A stretch of 50,043 nt of DNA from a virus. The DNA is taken from the IMG/VR virus record IMGVR_UViG_3300031088_000004; one strand, given 5' to 3'. The stretch's first letter is position 1. The number at the start of each line of letters is the position of its first letter. The notes beneath the pieces are model-generated. The model was not told the origin of the DNA. It made no database searches and was given only the letters and a program-made list of their open reading frames with translations. Positions 31,691 to 41,437 of the stretch are shown in pieces. Both the position numbers and the translations under genes were made by a program.

Positions 31691-32758
31691 TCAAATATGC
31701 GATAGATCAAATATGAATTTCAGTGGATCGAATCCGTCATAATCCGACGATTGAACAACGCGGACCCAGAACGGAATAACGGCACCAGCTGCAACAGAAG
31801 GATAGTTGATTTCGTCATAATAAGTACCGGGTGTATTACTCATGTCTCGCGCTATGTCTGCCCACTGCCAGCCGAACTTATCGCTATAGGCTTGAATTGC
31901 GACTGTGGCGTTCAATGCCGTTGATGTTGTCGGGTTATACAGATAATACTTTTTCTGTAGAATCCCATTCGTCATTTGTCCCAAGTCGGTCAAGTCGGTA
32001 CGACTCAACTCTTCCTTGGTTGTCGGATCAACTATGATTTTCAAGTTTGCTCCGGAATCATAACGGTCGCCTCCTGCGAACAATGCGCTTAATTCTTCGA
32101 CGACGGTCGTTCCATTCTTAATCCGGAGCTTCCCTTGAACCAAAAGGCGCGGCATAGCAAGGCTCACAACGCCTTTATATGCGATTGATGAAGCGAGTAC
32201 AGCGTTCGTTTCGTCTAGGAGTTCGACTGTCACACCGTCCGTCAAATTCGCTACTGTGAGACGGTCGCCGGCTGTAATTGTGATACGCTTCAAATCCATT
32301 GGTACATAACCGTTTCCGATGCCTTTTTTCAGAACGATTCCGATTTTTTTAGGAATAAATCCAATCAGACTGTCGGTAAAGTTAAACCCTCCACCGCTAT
32401 CAGAATAAAAATCCCAATCGTTCGTTTGATTGCTCACTGCTCGCCATCTTGCGACAGTTTGTGTCGTACTCGAGTCTGATCGTTCTAAAAACTCCGCTGT
32501 CGATTCCGCGTCGCGGAAGAGGATCAACCCACCTGCGTCCCCTGTCTCTTTTGGCGTGTAATCCGTCGTGATTTCAATCGCACAAGTACCTGGTACGTCA
32601 GTCAGGACGCGGACGTCTTCGATATTGTCGTGTTGTAGCTGCAGAGCACTACCAGTTAGGGTGTAGCGGTTGAGCGGTGAAACGATGTAGCCTGCCGGGA
32701 TGGTGTTCGTAAACACATCATCCCGAATGCGACCGTCGATTCGTTTATAAAGCGACAT
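31691..32758 (-). CDS. Distal tail protein with an N-terminal ConA-like domain (355 aa)
   Basis: GSALQLQ...DAGGLILFRDAES... pattern. RBS AAAGGAG. Confidence 0.55.
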   Translation of the reverse strand: MSLYKRIDGRIRDDVFTNTIPAGYIVSPLNRYTLTGSALQLQHDNIEDVRVLTDVPGTCAIEITTDYTPKETGDAGGLILFRDAESTAEFLERSDSSTTQTVARWRAVSNQTNDWDFYSDSGGGFNFTDSLIGFIPKKIGIVLKKGIGNGYVPMDLKRITITAGDRLTVANLTDGVTVELLDETNAVLASSIAYKGVVSLAMPRLLVQGKLRIKNGTTVVEELSALFAGGDRYDSGANLKIIVDPTTKEELSRTDLTDLGQMTNGILQKKYYLYNPTTSTALNATVAIQAYSDKFGWQWADIARDMSNTPGTYYDEINYPSVAAGAVIPFWVRVVQSSDYDGFDPLKFIFDLSHI

Positions 32759-32773
32759 AGATTGGCTCCTTTC

Positions 32774-35056
32774 TTAACGTGTTTTTTTCGAAATGCTCCA
32801 CGGATCCCAACTGTTTCCGCGTGTTGGAATGAGCCAGATTCGTTTCTTTTTCTTGATGAGAAGTTCGAGCTCATCAAATTCTTGAACGGTAGTATTTTCA
32901 ATCGCGACACGTTCCATTCTGTCCGCGCTAACGATGACACCAGACGTCAAAGTTTTGTTGGCGTAAGAATACTCGAGTAAGGTCGTATAGTTTACCGCAA
33001 TCCGTTCTACCTTCTCCGTATCAATGACATAAGCGTCTTCAATATCTCTTCGTTTAACTGACTCTGGATCAATCATGAATGCATCTTTTTCTCGCATTCG
33101 ATCCATTGCTTCAGGTGTCCAGATGACCGTCGCATTTTTATCATTACTACGTGCCATTCCATCTAGTACATCCATATGAATCAAATGATCACTATACTTC
33201 CGCGCTGTAAAATCAAAAGCAATCAGTGTCGTTGAAATTCCTTGATAGAAGCGGTCCATCTTTGTTGCTCGAGCAATGTGAGTGTGCACGTGCTTGGCGC
33301 GACGTGTCGGCTTGTAGACTCGTTGAATTGCCGTTTCCAGCGGTACGACATGGATCGACGCCTCATCCATCTCAACAACGTTTGTAAATTCCGCTTTATT
33401 GAATGCTTTGACATATGACTGGTCAACCATCTTGACTGATCGTTCTTCATTTTTTCGAACCATGCCATCAAAGCGATACTCTTGCACCGGGATTGCTGCG
33501 CCTAACAACCCATCATAAGTAAGAACTGCAGCATCATATTGTTTCGGCTGAATCGAAAGATAAGCATGTTGTTGCAGTGTACCTTCTACAAGATTTGACG
33601 TTCGGTCTATCGCCTCGAGATCATGCAGGACACCCTCTTTTGCGGTGTCGTTCCGGATGAGGGACAGTTGTGGATCAACATGAGCCGATCGCGTCACGTT
33701 CCTTGATAGCGGTTCTGTTTCTATCAGCATTACTTCGTCGTTTGAATAGGACTTTTCGATGGAATCAATTTCTTGCATGTAGACCGGATGCGTCATTGAA
33801 CTTTCTAGTGAATCGATTTGTTGAAGAACAGTATTTCTCACTTCTCGCTGAACATGAAGATGATCTCGAAGCATGAGATGTGTTTCTTGACCATGTGTAT
33901 ACAAGTCCATGAAATCACTAGATTCGAGATATGCTACTGAACCCTTGTTTTCGCGGGACAACATGTCGTCCGACAAGAGGGAAACCATACGTCCGTTCAT
34001 ATGAGAATCGAACGCATACGTCTTCGTGACCGCAACGTCATAGAGTCTTTCGTTTCTAACAAATGAGTCGAAAGAGAGCACTTCAGTCGGAATAAGCACG
34101 TCCGCTGATTCGAAGAACTCCGTTTTTGCTAGGGATCCGGAAGCAACATGATCACGCTGCAGTTCTTCGTTGCCCAGCTGCAGAACATGATGTTCTTTTA
34201 CTGGTCGTTCCATGCCATACGTTCTGAATTCGTATGTTTCGAGATAAGGTGGATCCAATTTATCCATTTCAAGCACGATCGCATCTAAAACAGGACGATC
34301 AATGGTTCCGCGCCACGCTTCTTCGATGTGAACAAATTTTTCTTGTAGAGTAGCGTCTAGCACTTCGTAACTAAAAGTCGAGGCATCAATAGGACTGTCA
34401 GGCGTTTGAAGATTGAATAGGTCAATCATTTCAACGGCGCGGATAGTCGTCCGGAGGAACGTGTCAGCTCCCTGAACGTGTGTCAGGTGTTCCGTTTGAC
34501 GTTCTGTCGGTTCGAGCAGAAGTTCTTCCGTAGCAAAAATACGTTCAGTTAATTGAGTAGCTCCGAATGACGTTATTTCTGTAGATTGTTCAACGTCGCG
34601 GACTACCTTTTCCATGGATTTCACGACTGCCGATTGCTCTGACTCGATAGAGGCGGATTCTTGCGCGAAAACAAGCGCGCTGTGTTCGACGACGCGTTTC
34701 GTTGACTCAAAGGTCACGCCATCCGTACTCGCGACGACAGCGCCCCTTACAGCGTTTTCAGGATGTTGGATATGCGTATGGATTGTTAGAGGCTTGATGA
34801 TGCCTTGTTGTGGCGATTCCAGCGTCGTGATGACTTCTCGCGTTCTACGTGTGACTCGATCCGCTACTATTAAGTGCGCTTTTCGTCTCGAGATAGGCGA
34901 AATCATGAGCGGGTATTCGTCGCGTTGAACAATCTTGTTCTCGACTTGGACGAAATACCGTTTCTTACTGGATAGGACAGGCGACACCGACGTCTGAAAG
35001 CCATACTGCTTCCGGACGTTCGGTGTGACCTGGACGCCATATTGCGTCGTCGGCAT
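32774..35056 (-). CDS. Large virion-associated ORFan (760 aa)
   Basis: RBS AAGGAGG. I recognise no family. Has C-terminal pseudo-repeats VERIAVNYTTLLEY / MERVAIENTTVQEF. Confidence 0.6.
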   Translation of the reverse strand: MPTTQYGVQVTPNVRKQYGFQTSVSPVLSSKKRYFVQVENKIVQRDEYPLMISPISRRKAHLIVADRVTRRTREVITTLESPQQGIIKPLTIHTHIQHPENAVRGAVVASTDGVTFESTKRVVEHSALVFAQESASIESEQSAVVKSMEKVVRDVEQSTEITSFGATQLTERIFATEELLLEPTERQTEHLTHVQGADTFLRTTIRAVEMIDLFNLQTPDSPIDASTFSYEVLDATLQEKFVHIEEAWRGTIDRPVLDAIVLEMDKLDPPYLETYEFRTYGMERPVKEHHVLQLGNEELQRDHVASGSLAKTEFFESADVLIPTEVLSFDSFVRNERLYDVAVTKTYAFDSHMNGRMVSLLSDDMLSRENKGSVAYLESSDFMDLYTHGQETHLMLRDHLHVQREVRNTVLQQIDSLESSMTHPVYMQEIDSIEKSYSNDEVMLIETEPLSRNVTRSAHVDPQLSLIRNDTAKEGVLHDLEAIDRTSNLVEGTLQQHAYLSIQPKQYDAAVLTYDGLLGAAIPVQEYRFDGMVRKNEERSVKMVDQSYVKAFNKAEFTNVVEMDEASIHVVPLETAIQRVYKPTRRAKHVHTHIARATKMDRFYQGISTTLIAFDFTARKYSDHLIHMDVLDGMARSNDKNATVIWTPEAMDRMREKDAFMIDPESVKRRDIEDAYVIDTEKVERIAVNYTTLLEYSYANKTLTSGVIVSADRMERVAIENTTVQEFDELELLIKKKKRIWLIPTRGNSWDPWSISKKTR

Positions 35057-35070
35057 GAGTCAGCGCCTCC

Positions 35071-36822
35071 TTATTCCATCGTAGTCTTGAAAATCCCCCA
35101 CCCGATCGGATTGAACGGTGTAAATTCGTCGATACGCATTGGTGTGAGCGGTGTCGTTGCTAAAGCGTATTGATAGAGGTGTTTGGCTTTATAAGAAGCG
35201 GTTAGCTCTATACCTGCAGCAACAGGAACGTCGAATAAAAACGACTTCGTGTCTTTATCGAATGTGAACCCGGTCGTGATCTCGTTGCAATCTCCAAAAA
35301 GAAGCGGTTTAGTTTCATTTGGTGTATGTGCGACATGGAAAACCTTTCGGACACCGTCTCCAACGCCGATTTCCTCATGCGGAACGATCTTGTCGAGTTC
35401 GAGCTCATCCCATTGCTCGATATTTTTCGGGTGAACCGCGAAGACGTCGTCTAAGATGCCGACCATTCCTTCGTTCGGGTGAACAATTGCCATTTGAGAA
35501 ACGTGATACTTCCCGGTATAAGCAGACGGGTTGAACTTCGTGTCAGGTAGATCAAGACTGACGTGGTGCGAAATGAAGGCAAGATAATGCGCTTGATATA
35601 ACGCACCGCCTAGCGTCTGGTGCAACAAGACGGATTGATTTCCATTCGAGCTCTTCGTTCCGTAGTTGAGCGAGGAACCACCAAGAACGAGCTTTTCGTC
35701 CCAAGGAATGACGCCACCTGTCTTCGCGCCACCAATAATGACGGTATTTCGCTGAGGCTGATTTCCGACAACGTGAATCCGACCAAAATAGAACGGGATG
35801 AACAACGATTTCTTTGGATCAGCAGAAGCGTCGACGCGGATCATGAGCGCTAGACGATCTTTATTGACCGATCCGCGTAAGTACACGAATGTATCGCGCG
35901 AGAACGTCCGTGAGAAGTTTAAGTCGTCTGTGAAGGACATCATGGTCGGGATCGACGCTTGGATGTACGTGATCGCGCTGTAAGCAAGGTTCATGTATGA
36001 TTTCGCAAGAAGATTGTCACTGTCGGTCGTAGGCGCTTCAATGTCGCCATAGTCAACGCCACGAATCGGCGTAATGAAGACGCGACAATCCATTTCAACG
36101 TTCCCCGTTGTAGGAGCGTCATTGAATGTGATCGTCCCCGTTTCATAGTCCACGACATACGCGGAATCGTTAACGAGAAGGCTGTTAACGTACATTTTTA
36201 ACGTTCCTGGACGAATCTTTTTCCCATTTGTCGTGAACGTCTTTTTAGTACCGTCCGCTGTACCGAGCAAGGCGCTTGGTGTGCCTTTAGCAATTGCTTG
36301 GTCGAAATAAACGTCGTTGTAAGTAAAGACTCCGAATGAATTGGCGGGTTCATGCGCTTTAGATGACAAATATCCGCTTCCTTTGACGATTTTCCCGACT
36401 GACGGAGCCGTTGTAAAGGTGATTTCGTCGTACTGTGGACCGACTGTATAAGATGATTTTGCAACTTCAACGCCCTCAACGATGATTCGTTCTGTTCCTT
36501 GTTGCAACGGACCCGCGGGAAACTTAAATGTCTTTTTCGTTCCGTCACCTACGCCCAACATTGCCAAGCGGGATGTCTCTGAAATGAAGCGAGAGTCGTC
36601 AAACGTCGGTTTGTCGAGGTCATACCCCCACGCCATACCAAGGTTCCGTCGGAGTTTGTCGGATCCGATTGATTCAAAGATACGAACTTCTGTGTACTGA
36701 CGTGACCCTTTTTTAACCGCACGATAGCGAGCGATCATCGCCCACCCCGCGCTTGCTAAAAGAGCTGTCATTTTTTGTGGATATTCTTGTAAAGTGATTT
36801 GAGTATCAATATATGTTGGCAT
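35071..36822 (-). CDS. Distal tail protein, paralog of the 36822..38207 product (583 aa)
   Basis: Shared motifs: GALYQAHYLAF / KFNPSAY / IVHPNEGMVGIL. Confidence 0.65.
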   Translation of the reverse strand: MPTYIDTQITLQEYPQKMTALLASAGWAMIARYRAVKKGSRQYTEVRIFESIGSDKLRRNLGMAWGYDLDKPTFDDSRFISETSRLAMLGVGDGTKKTFKFPAGPLQQGTERIIVEGVEVAKSSYTVGPQYDEITFTTAPSVGKIVKGSGYLSSKAHEPANSFGVFTYNDVYFDQAIAKGTPSALLGTADGTKKTFTTNGKKIRPGTLKMYVNSLLVNDSAYVVDYETGTITFNDAPTTGNVEMDCRVFITPIRGVDYGDIEAPTTDSDNLLAKSYMNLAYSAITYIQASIPTMMSFTDDLNFSRTFSRDTFVYLRGSVNKDRLALMIRVDASADPKKSLFIPFYFGRIHVVGNQPQRNTVIIGGAKTGGVIPWDEKLVLGGSSLNYGTKSSNGNQSVLLHQTLGGALYQAHYLAFISHHVSLDLPDTKFNPSAYTGKYHVSQMAIVHPNEGMVGILDDVFAVHPKNIEQWDELELDKIVPHEEIGVGDGVRKVFHVAHTPNETKPLLFGDCNEITTGFTFDKDTKSFLFDVPVAAGIELTASYKAKHLYQYALATTPLTPMRIDEFTPFNPIGWGIFKTTME

Positions 36823-38207
36823 TAGTTAGCCTCCTTCTCGTAGATAGCGAACCCAGCTGGTGAATAAACAATCGCCGGACTTTTCGTGAGCGGAGACACC
36901 GCGTCGACGACGAAAAACTTATAGAGATCGAAAACGTTTGGACAGGCTTCCCGCTTCACCTTCAAGCGGTCGGTGTTGATCAGACCGATAGAGCTCGTCA
37001 TCAGCATGTCTTTCAGATAACCCCGGACCCCTTCTTCCGGATGAATGACATACGCACGTGAAGCCACGACTTTATTCAAGTAGCTCGACGGATTGAACTG
37101 GTACTGATACTCATCGTTCTGTTGGTTTTTCCAAGCAGACGCGTAACTACGTCCATCTGTACTCACGCGGTCGGGTGGCATCGTGTCTGATCCGGTATGG
37201 AACGACAGGTAGTAGGCTTGATAAAAGGCACCCATTTTCGCGCGCTTAACAATGATATTGTCGATGCCGTTCCCTGGCTTTTTCGCATAGTTTTTGCCGA
37301 TCGGCATGAGAGGCGTCGCGGTATGCGGTTTTGTACTTCGATAGTCGTAAGTCGCTAACGGAACAGCGGTACCACCGAAGAGGACAGATTCGTTCGTGTC
37401 TGCTGCGTCTTCCGGAACAAGTTGTCCCATGTAGATCGGGATTGTTGGAACGTTGTTGTCTGCGTATGCTGCAGTATTATCACACTGAATGATGATTGAG
37501 ACCGTTTCAGGTGACACACGCCCTTCGACGCGGATTTTCGAATCTGGCCACCAGTTCGTCATCCAACCGTTTCCGGTTGTCCCTACTTCACGTGTCTTTA
37601 CGCGCATCATTGGGGATTGCATGATTTCTGGATGACTGTTTGCACCATCAAAGTTGTAATACAATGTCGATCCATTCATTCCGGAAAACGGCTTATACCC
37701 TAGATTTTCAACGTCAATGACCGCTTGTGCGTCGTCACTTGGATAGACGTTGATCGTGCCATCCTCGATGAATGGTTTATCTTTCAGCATGTAGAAATAG
37801 AGCTCGCTTGTATCGATTGCAACGTTGTTGAACTGATCAATCATCCATTGATGCAGTTTCCCGCGAAGGACACCATCTGCAGCAATCAATTTTGTTGAAT
37901 CAGGGTATTTGTCCGTTCCTTTGAATTCAGCGGGTAAATCGCGGAACTTTTTCGACATGGAACTCATACGCGCCATTCCGAATAGCTCACCAGACCCATT
38001 GCGAACGACGATATGGTCTGCTAGATAGATCGTGAATGAAATTGAATCTGGATCAACGGAACTGTTTGGTGGTTTCTGATAGAACGAACCAAAGTTGAAA
38101 CCGAGTTTTTTGAATGAACTTTCAGCGGTCCACCCGTTCGAAACGAGAAGGTCCTTCATCTCTGTCATAAAGCCGCCTTCAGTGAATAGTTGTTTAATAT
38201 ATGGCAT
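36822..38207 (-). CDS. Distal tail protein, paralog of the 35071..36822 product (461 aa)
   Basis: The ATG at 38207 follows AAGGAGAG; the track start at 38321 overlaps the upstream gene. Motifs: GAFYQAYYLSF / QFNPSSY / VIHPEEGVRGYL. Confidence 0.65.
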   Translation of the reverse strand: MPYIKQLFTEGGFMTEMKDLLVSNGWTAESSFKKLGFNFGSFYQKPPNSSVDPDSISFTIYLADHIVVRNGSGELFGMARMSSMSKKFRDLPAEFKGTDKYPDSTKLIAADGVLRGKLHQWMIDQFNNVAIDTSELYFYMLKDKPFIEDGTINVYPSDDAQAVIDVENLGYKPFSGMNGSTLYYNFDGANSHPEIMQSPMMRVKTREVGTTGNGWMTNWWPDSKIRVEGRVSPETVSIIIQCDNTAAYADNNVPTIPIYMGQLVPEDAADTNESVLFGGTAVPLATYDYRSTKPHTATPLMPIGKNYAKKPGNGIDNIIVKRAKMGAFYQAYYLSFHTGSDTMPPDRVSTDGRSYASAWKNQQNDEYQYQFNPSSYLNKVVASRAYVIHPEEGVRGYLKDMLMTSSIGLINTDRLKVKREACPNVFDLYKFFVVDAVSPLTKSPAIVYSPAGFAIYEKEAN

Positions 38208-38218
38208 GTTATCTCTCC

Positions 38219-38605
38219 TTATCGGTCTAGCATGTGATAGTTGACGTATACGGCTTTGCTCGAGAGGGACACATTCGTAAAGCGGAATCGAAGTCGGTCG
38301 CCTTGCTGAAGCGGAATGCATGCATACAGCTGTAGTCCTTCAGGTAGGTCTTTGGTGTAGATGGTTTCAGCGACGATCTTGTCATTCACGAAAAAACTCC
38401 AATGATCCTTATCTGCGTAACGCTCGCATGCGGTCGCAATACTGATCAAGTCCGCATATTCACTTTCGACCACGTATTCTTCCTCGACGATCTCGTCAGC
38501 GGACGTGACTTGTATGCGTAATCCTTTAAAATGCGGGTTATGGAAACGTGGCATAAACGGGTAATCGTGCCGTCCTCCCGCTTGATAAACTGGATTAAAT
38601 CCCAT
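38219..38605 (-). CDS. Distal tail module protein, unknown (128 aa)
   Basis: TAATG-coupled ORF. Confidence 0.55.
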   Translation of the reverse strand: MGFNPVYQAGGRHDYPFMPRFHNPHFKGLRIQVTSADEIVEEEYVVESEYADLISIATACERYADKDHWSFFVNDKIVAETIYTKDLPEGLQLYACIPLQQGDRLRFRFTNVSLSSKAVYVNYHMLDR

Positions 38606-39102
38606 TACATTCGTTCACCCTCTCCGTTTTCATCGCTCCAATCGTAATCGGTGATAGAACCGTCATACGTTGGCTCGAGATCAATGTCTTCCGTATCTGG
38701 TGATTCAGGTTCATATTCATCTGTTTCTTGCGGATCTTCGTCATATCCAAGCGGCTCTCCCTCTTCCAGCACGATTGGTATGACTTCAATCAACCGCCAT
38801 GACACTTCGTCATAAATCAGCTGAGTTAAAACGATGCGTCCGGTGACTTTGTTCGTCTCAAGTACTGATTCGAGTCTCCCGAAATCATCTCGAGCAAGGT
38901 CCATGACCATGACGTCTTCACCTTCAACGTTGTACAGCAGACCGTTTTCGTCATAAGAAAGCGTTAGTTTCTCGATAACTTCCGAGATGATTTGCGTGTA
39001 ATTTTTTGAGTTATCTTCAATGCGTTCGATCCGACTCAGGACGCCGTTTTTCAACATCCGCTTGATCGGATCAAACATGTTATTTCGGTTGCGTGCTTTC
39101 AT
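38605..39102 (-). CDS. Distal tail module protein with an acidic C-terminus (165 aa)
   Basis: The ATG at 39102 lies 7 nt after AGGAGG; the track start is 39135. Confidence 0.55.
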   Translation of the reverse strand: MKARNRNNMFDPIKRMLKNGVLSRIERIEDNSKNYTQIISEVIEKLTLSYDENGLLYNVEGEDVMVMDLARDDFGRLESVLETNKVTGRIVLTQLIYDEVSWRLIEVIPIVLEEGEPLGYDEDPQETDEYEPESPDTEDIDLEPTYDGSITDYDWSDENGEGERM

Positions 39103-39113
39103 CAGCGGTCCTC

Positions 39114-40718
39114 CTATACGCGGGTGATGACCCATGTCCGCACAGGTCGCTTATTAGGGTCGTAATAGCCTGATTTATGAATAATGTTTGTTCGCGCCAT
39201 CTCAAGGTCCGGTAATTCCCCAGCATCATACAAGATCGCTCCGCTTGCCTTCCGAACGCGGAAGCGTCCGGATAAGGTAGACATCGTCCCAGCTGAAACG
39301 CCAACGAATTTCAGGACGTTAGGACCCATTTTGAGCGGTAGATTCAGCACAAACGGCTTGTTTCGGATGAAAACATTCGTTTTAAGTCGTCTTCCGTTGA
39401 AATACACATTCATTCGGTCCCCATCTTCGACACTGAAATCCCATACTTCGATTGAAATCTTCGACTCCGTTACGCTGAACGGTGGAAGATCGCTTGGAGG
39501 TGGAGGCGGTGGGGGTGGTAAGTGTTCTGGACTGCTTATTTTGAAGCCTGTGTTATCTGCAAGCTCGAGCGTTTGGAATAGACCGTCAGACGTATAGGAA
39601 TACTTGATTCCGCGAATATGTAGGTTCCAGTTCACCTGACTAATCCGTTCGCGGGCAAGCACGACGTCTAGTAATTCAAGCGGCAGCACTGCCGGCACTG
39701 TAATGGACAACTTACGCCAGCGCATTGCCATTTGATTAAACAAGGATTTTGCAACGTAGTACCGCTTTTCATAGGTATCTGCCCATGGCACTTCAACTTC
39801 CATCTCGCGATAACTTTTCTCATGAAAAATGTTTTTTCGAATGGTTGAACTTTCAAAACGGTTTGCTTCTTTCCCGCATTTGATCAGAATCGCGTTGTAA
39901 ATTTCGCTATCATCAATTTCAAAGTCAGACTCCTGAATCTCGATCGTGTCATCAAACGTGTAGACAGCTTTAGACGTCCGCGAGAAGACAGGCACATTCT
40001 TCATCCGGAGGACCCCCATCTTGTCCTCAATTAGTACTGTAAACGTGCTATCGACCATTGACGTGATGAGATCAGCGGGTTTCTCCCGTCGAAGTCCCAT
40101 CTTCTTCGTAACGATGAAAGGATCACTGCTCCCTGGCTCTTTGAGCGTGAAAACTTCGCTTTCTAATCCCACCGCCTTCAGCAATTCTTTAACTGCTGTT
40201 CCAACGTTCATGTTTTTATCTTCGATCACATACGTTTTTTCCGGTCGTAGTGTGTCCGACAATGCTTTTTTATACATAGAGCGCCCGGTAATCTTAATGG
40301 TCCTTCCCTGACTGTCGATGTTGACGTTATCAATGGTCCCGGTCATCATTCGCATGTAATTGCCGTTATACCCGAAGTGGATAGAAAGCTTCGTTTCTGG
40401 AAGAAGTACGTTCCGCCATGGCGACGGGATCGGAACTTCATGGAACATGCGAACGTCGCCGTATTTGTTGAAGCGGTAGTCCGCTGAAAGCGAACCATTT
40501 TCGTTTGAACAGATGATCGTGAACGTTTTTGCTGGCGATTCAATGTCTGTGTCCAGTTCGATGCTGATCACATCGGGCAACCATGCGTCCGTAACGAGAA
40601 ATTCCGATGCTTCCGGTGGTCGCTCGATGATTACTGCAGCTGAAGGACGTCTAAAATTCTTACCATTTTGCCATGCTGAGGTCATGGCTTGCTGTAGTTC
40701 AATGTTTACTGGTTTCAT
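39114..40718 (-). CDS. Tail-tip protein (Tal-like) with a Pro8 linker and an extra C-terminal domain
   Basis: 534 aa, immediately after Dit. The Pro8 tract is encoded at 39495-39518. Confidence 0.65.
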   Translation of the reverse strand: MKPVNIELQQAMTSAWQNGKNFRRPSAAVIIERPPEASEFLVTDAWLPDVISIELDTDIESPAKTFTIICSNENGSLSADYRFNKYGDVRMFHEVPIPSPWRNVLLPETKLSIHFGYNGNYMRMMTGTIDNVNIDSQGRTIKITGRSMYKKALSDTLRPEKTYVIEDKNMNVGTAVKELLKAVGLESEVFTLKEPGSSDPFIVTKKMGLRREKPADLITSMVDSTFTVLIEDKMGVLRMKNVPVFSRTSKAVYTFDDTIEIQESDFEIDDSEIYNAILIKCGKEANRFESSTIRKNIFHEKSYREMEVEVPWADTYEKRYYVAKSLFNQMAMRWRKLSITVPAVLPLELLDVVLARERISQVNWNLHIRGIKYSYTSDGLFQTLELADNTGFKISSPEHLPPPPPPPPSDLPPFSVTESKISIEVWDFSVEDGDRMNVYFNGRRLKTNVFIRNKPFVLNLPLKMGPNVLKFVGVSAGTMSTLSGRFRVRKASGAILYDAGELPDLEMARTNIIHKSGYYDPNKRPVRTWVITRV

Positions 40719-41437
40719 ATGCCATTCGACCCCGCTCCCGGTCGTTGATCGGATATTAATTTAACGCGGAGGAAGACTGACGCCCCTTTGGTTGTTGGTT
40801 CACTGTCTAATCCGTTCAAATAACCGCCATACAAGCCATAGCGTGATTTGAGCACCATATAACTGTCATGGCGTGTATCCATGAACTTATTGAAACCCTC
40901 ATGCGTCAAAAAGCAGAGCGTCATGCCAATTTCACAGCCTGTATTGCCTGTACGTTGCGTTCGGACGGACCCTTCTAGGGTATTTTGCAGTTGGATGCCG
41001 TACAGCGGCTTTGGTGGTGTTAATTGATCGACGGCATAGACATAAGTTGATGGCACATAACGGTGATAGAAGATGCGTCTTACATTCACTTTGTCTGTTG
41101 ACCGAAAATAGTCGTTTGTCGCAATACCGATCTTTCGTTGCCCAGAATCAACTGGTAAGAAGACTCGCGTCCATGTGCGGGATCCGCGAACGATTTTACG
41201 CTGGCGTGTATAGCTTGATTTGGCGTTATGCGTAACGAGAGCAATTTCTGCTCGAGTAATCTCCCCTTGAGACGTGACAGCTGCTTGAACCGCGTAATCC
41301 ATCGCGAGCATACCGACTTCGTCTTCCTGAACATCGACCATAGGTGACAACCATAGTTTTTCTGGTCCAGTCACCACTAGCGAGGGACCGGAAAAAATCT
41401 CGGTCTCCTCTACGTGGCTATAAAGCGTTGGTAACAT
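40715..41437 (-). CDS. Distal tail protein (Dit-like)
   Basis: 240 aa, directly downstream of the tape measure gene. Assigned by synteny and size. Confidence 0.65.
   Translation of the reverse strand: MLPTLYSHVEETEIFSGPSLVVTGPEKLWLSPMVDVQEDEVGMLAMDYAVQAAVTSQGEITRAEIALVTHNAKSSYTRQRKIVRGSRTWTRVFLPVDSGQRKIGIATNDYFRSTDKVNVRRIFYHRYVPSTYVYAVDQLTPPKPLYGIQLQNTLEGSVRTQRTGNTGCEIGMTLCFLTHEGFNKFMDTRHDSYMVLKSRYGLYGGYLNGLDSEPTTKGASVFLRVKLISDQRPGAGSNGI

Noticed and set aside
29488-35056. Diversity-generating retroelement or other targeted hypervariation in the receptor-binding genes
   Set aside because: There is no reverse transcriptase anywhere in the window, and I saw no template/variable repeat pair.
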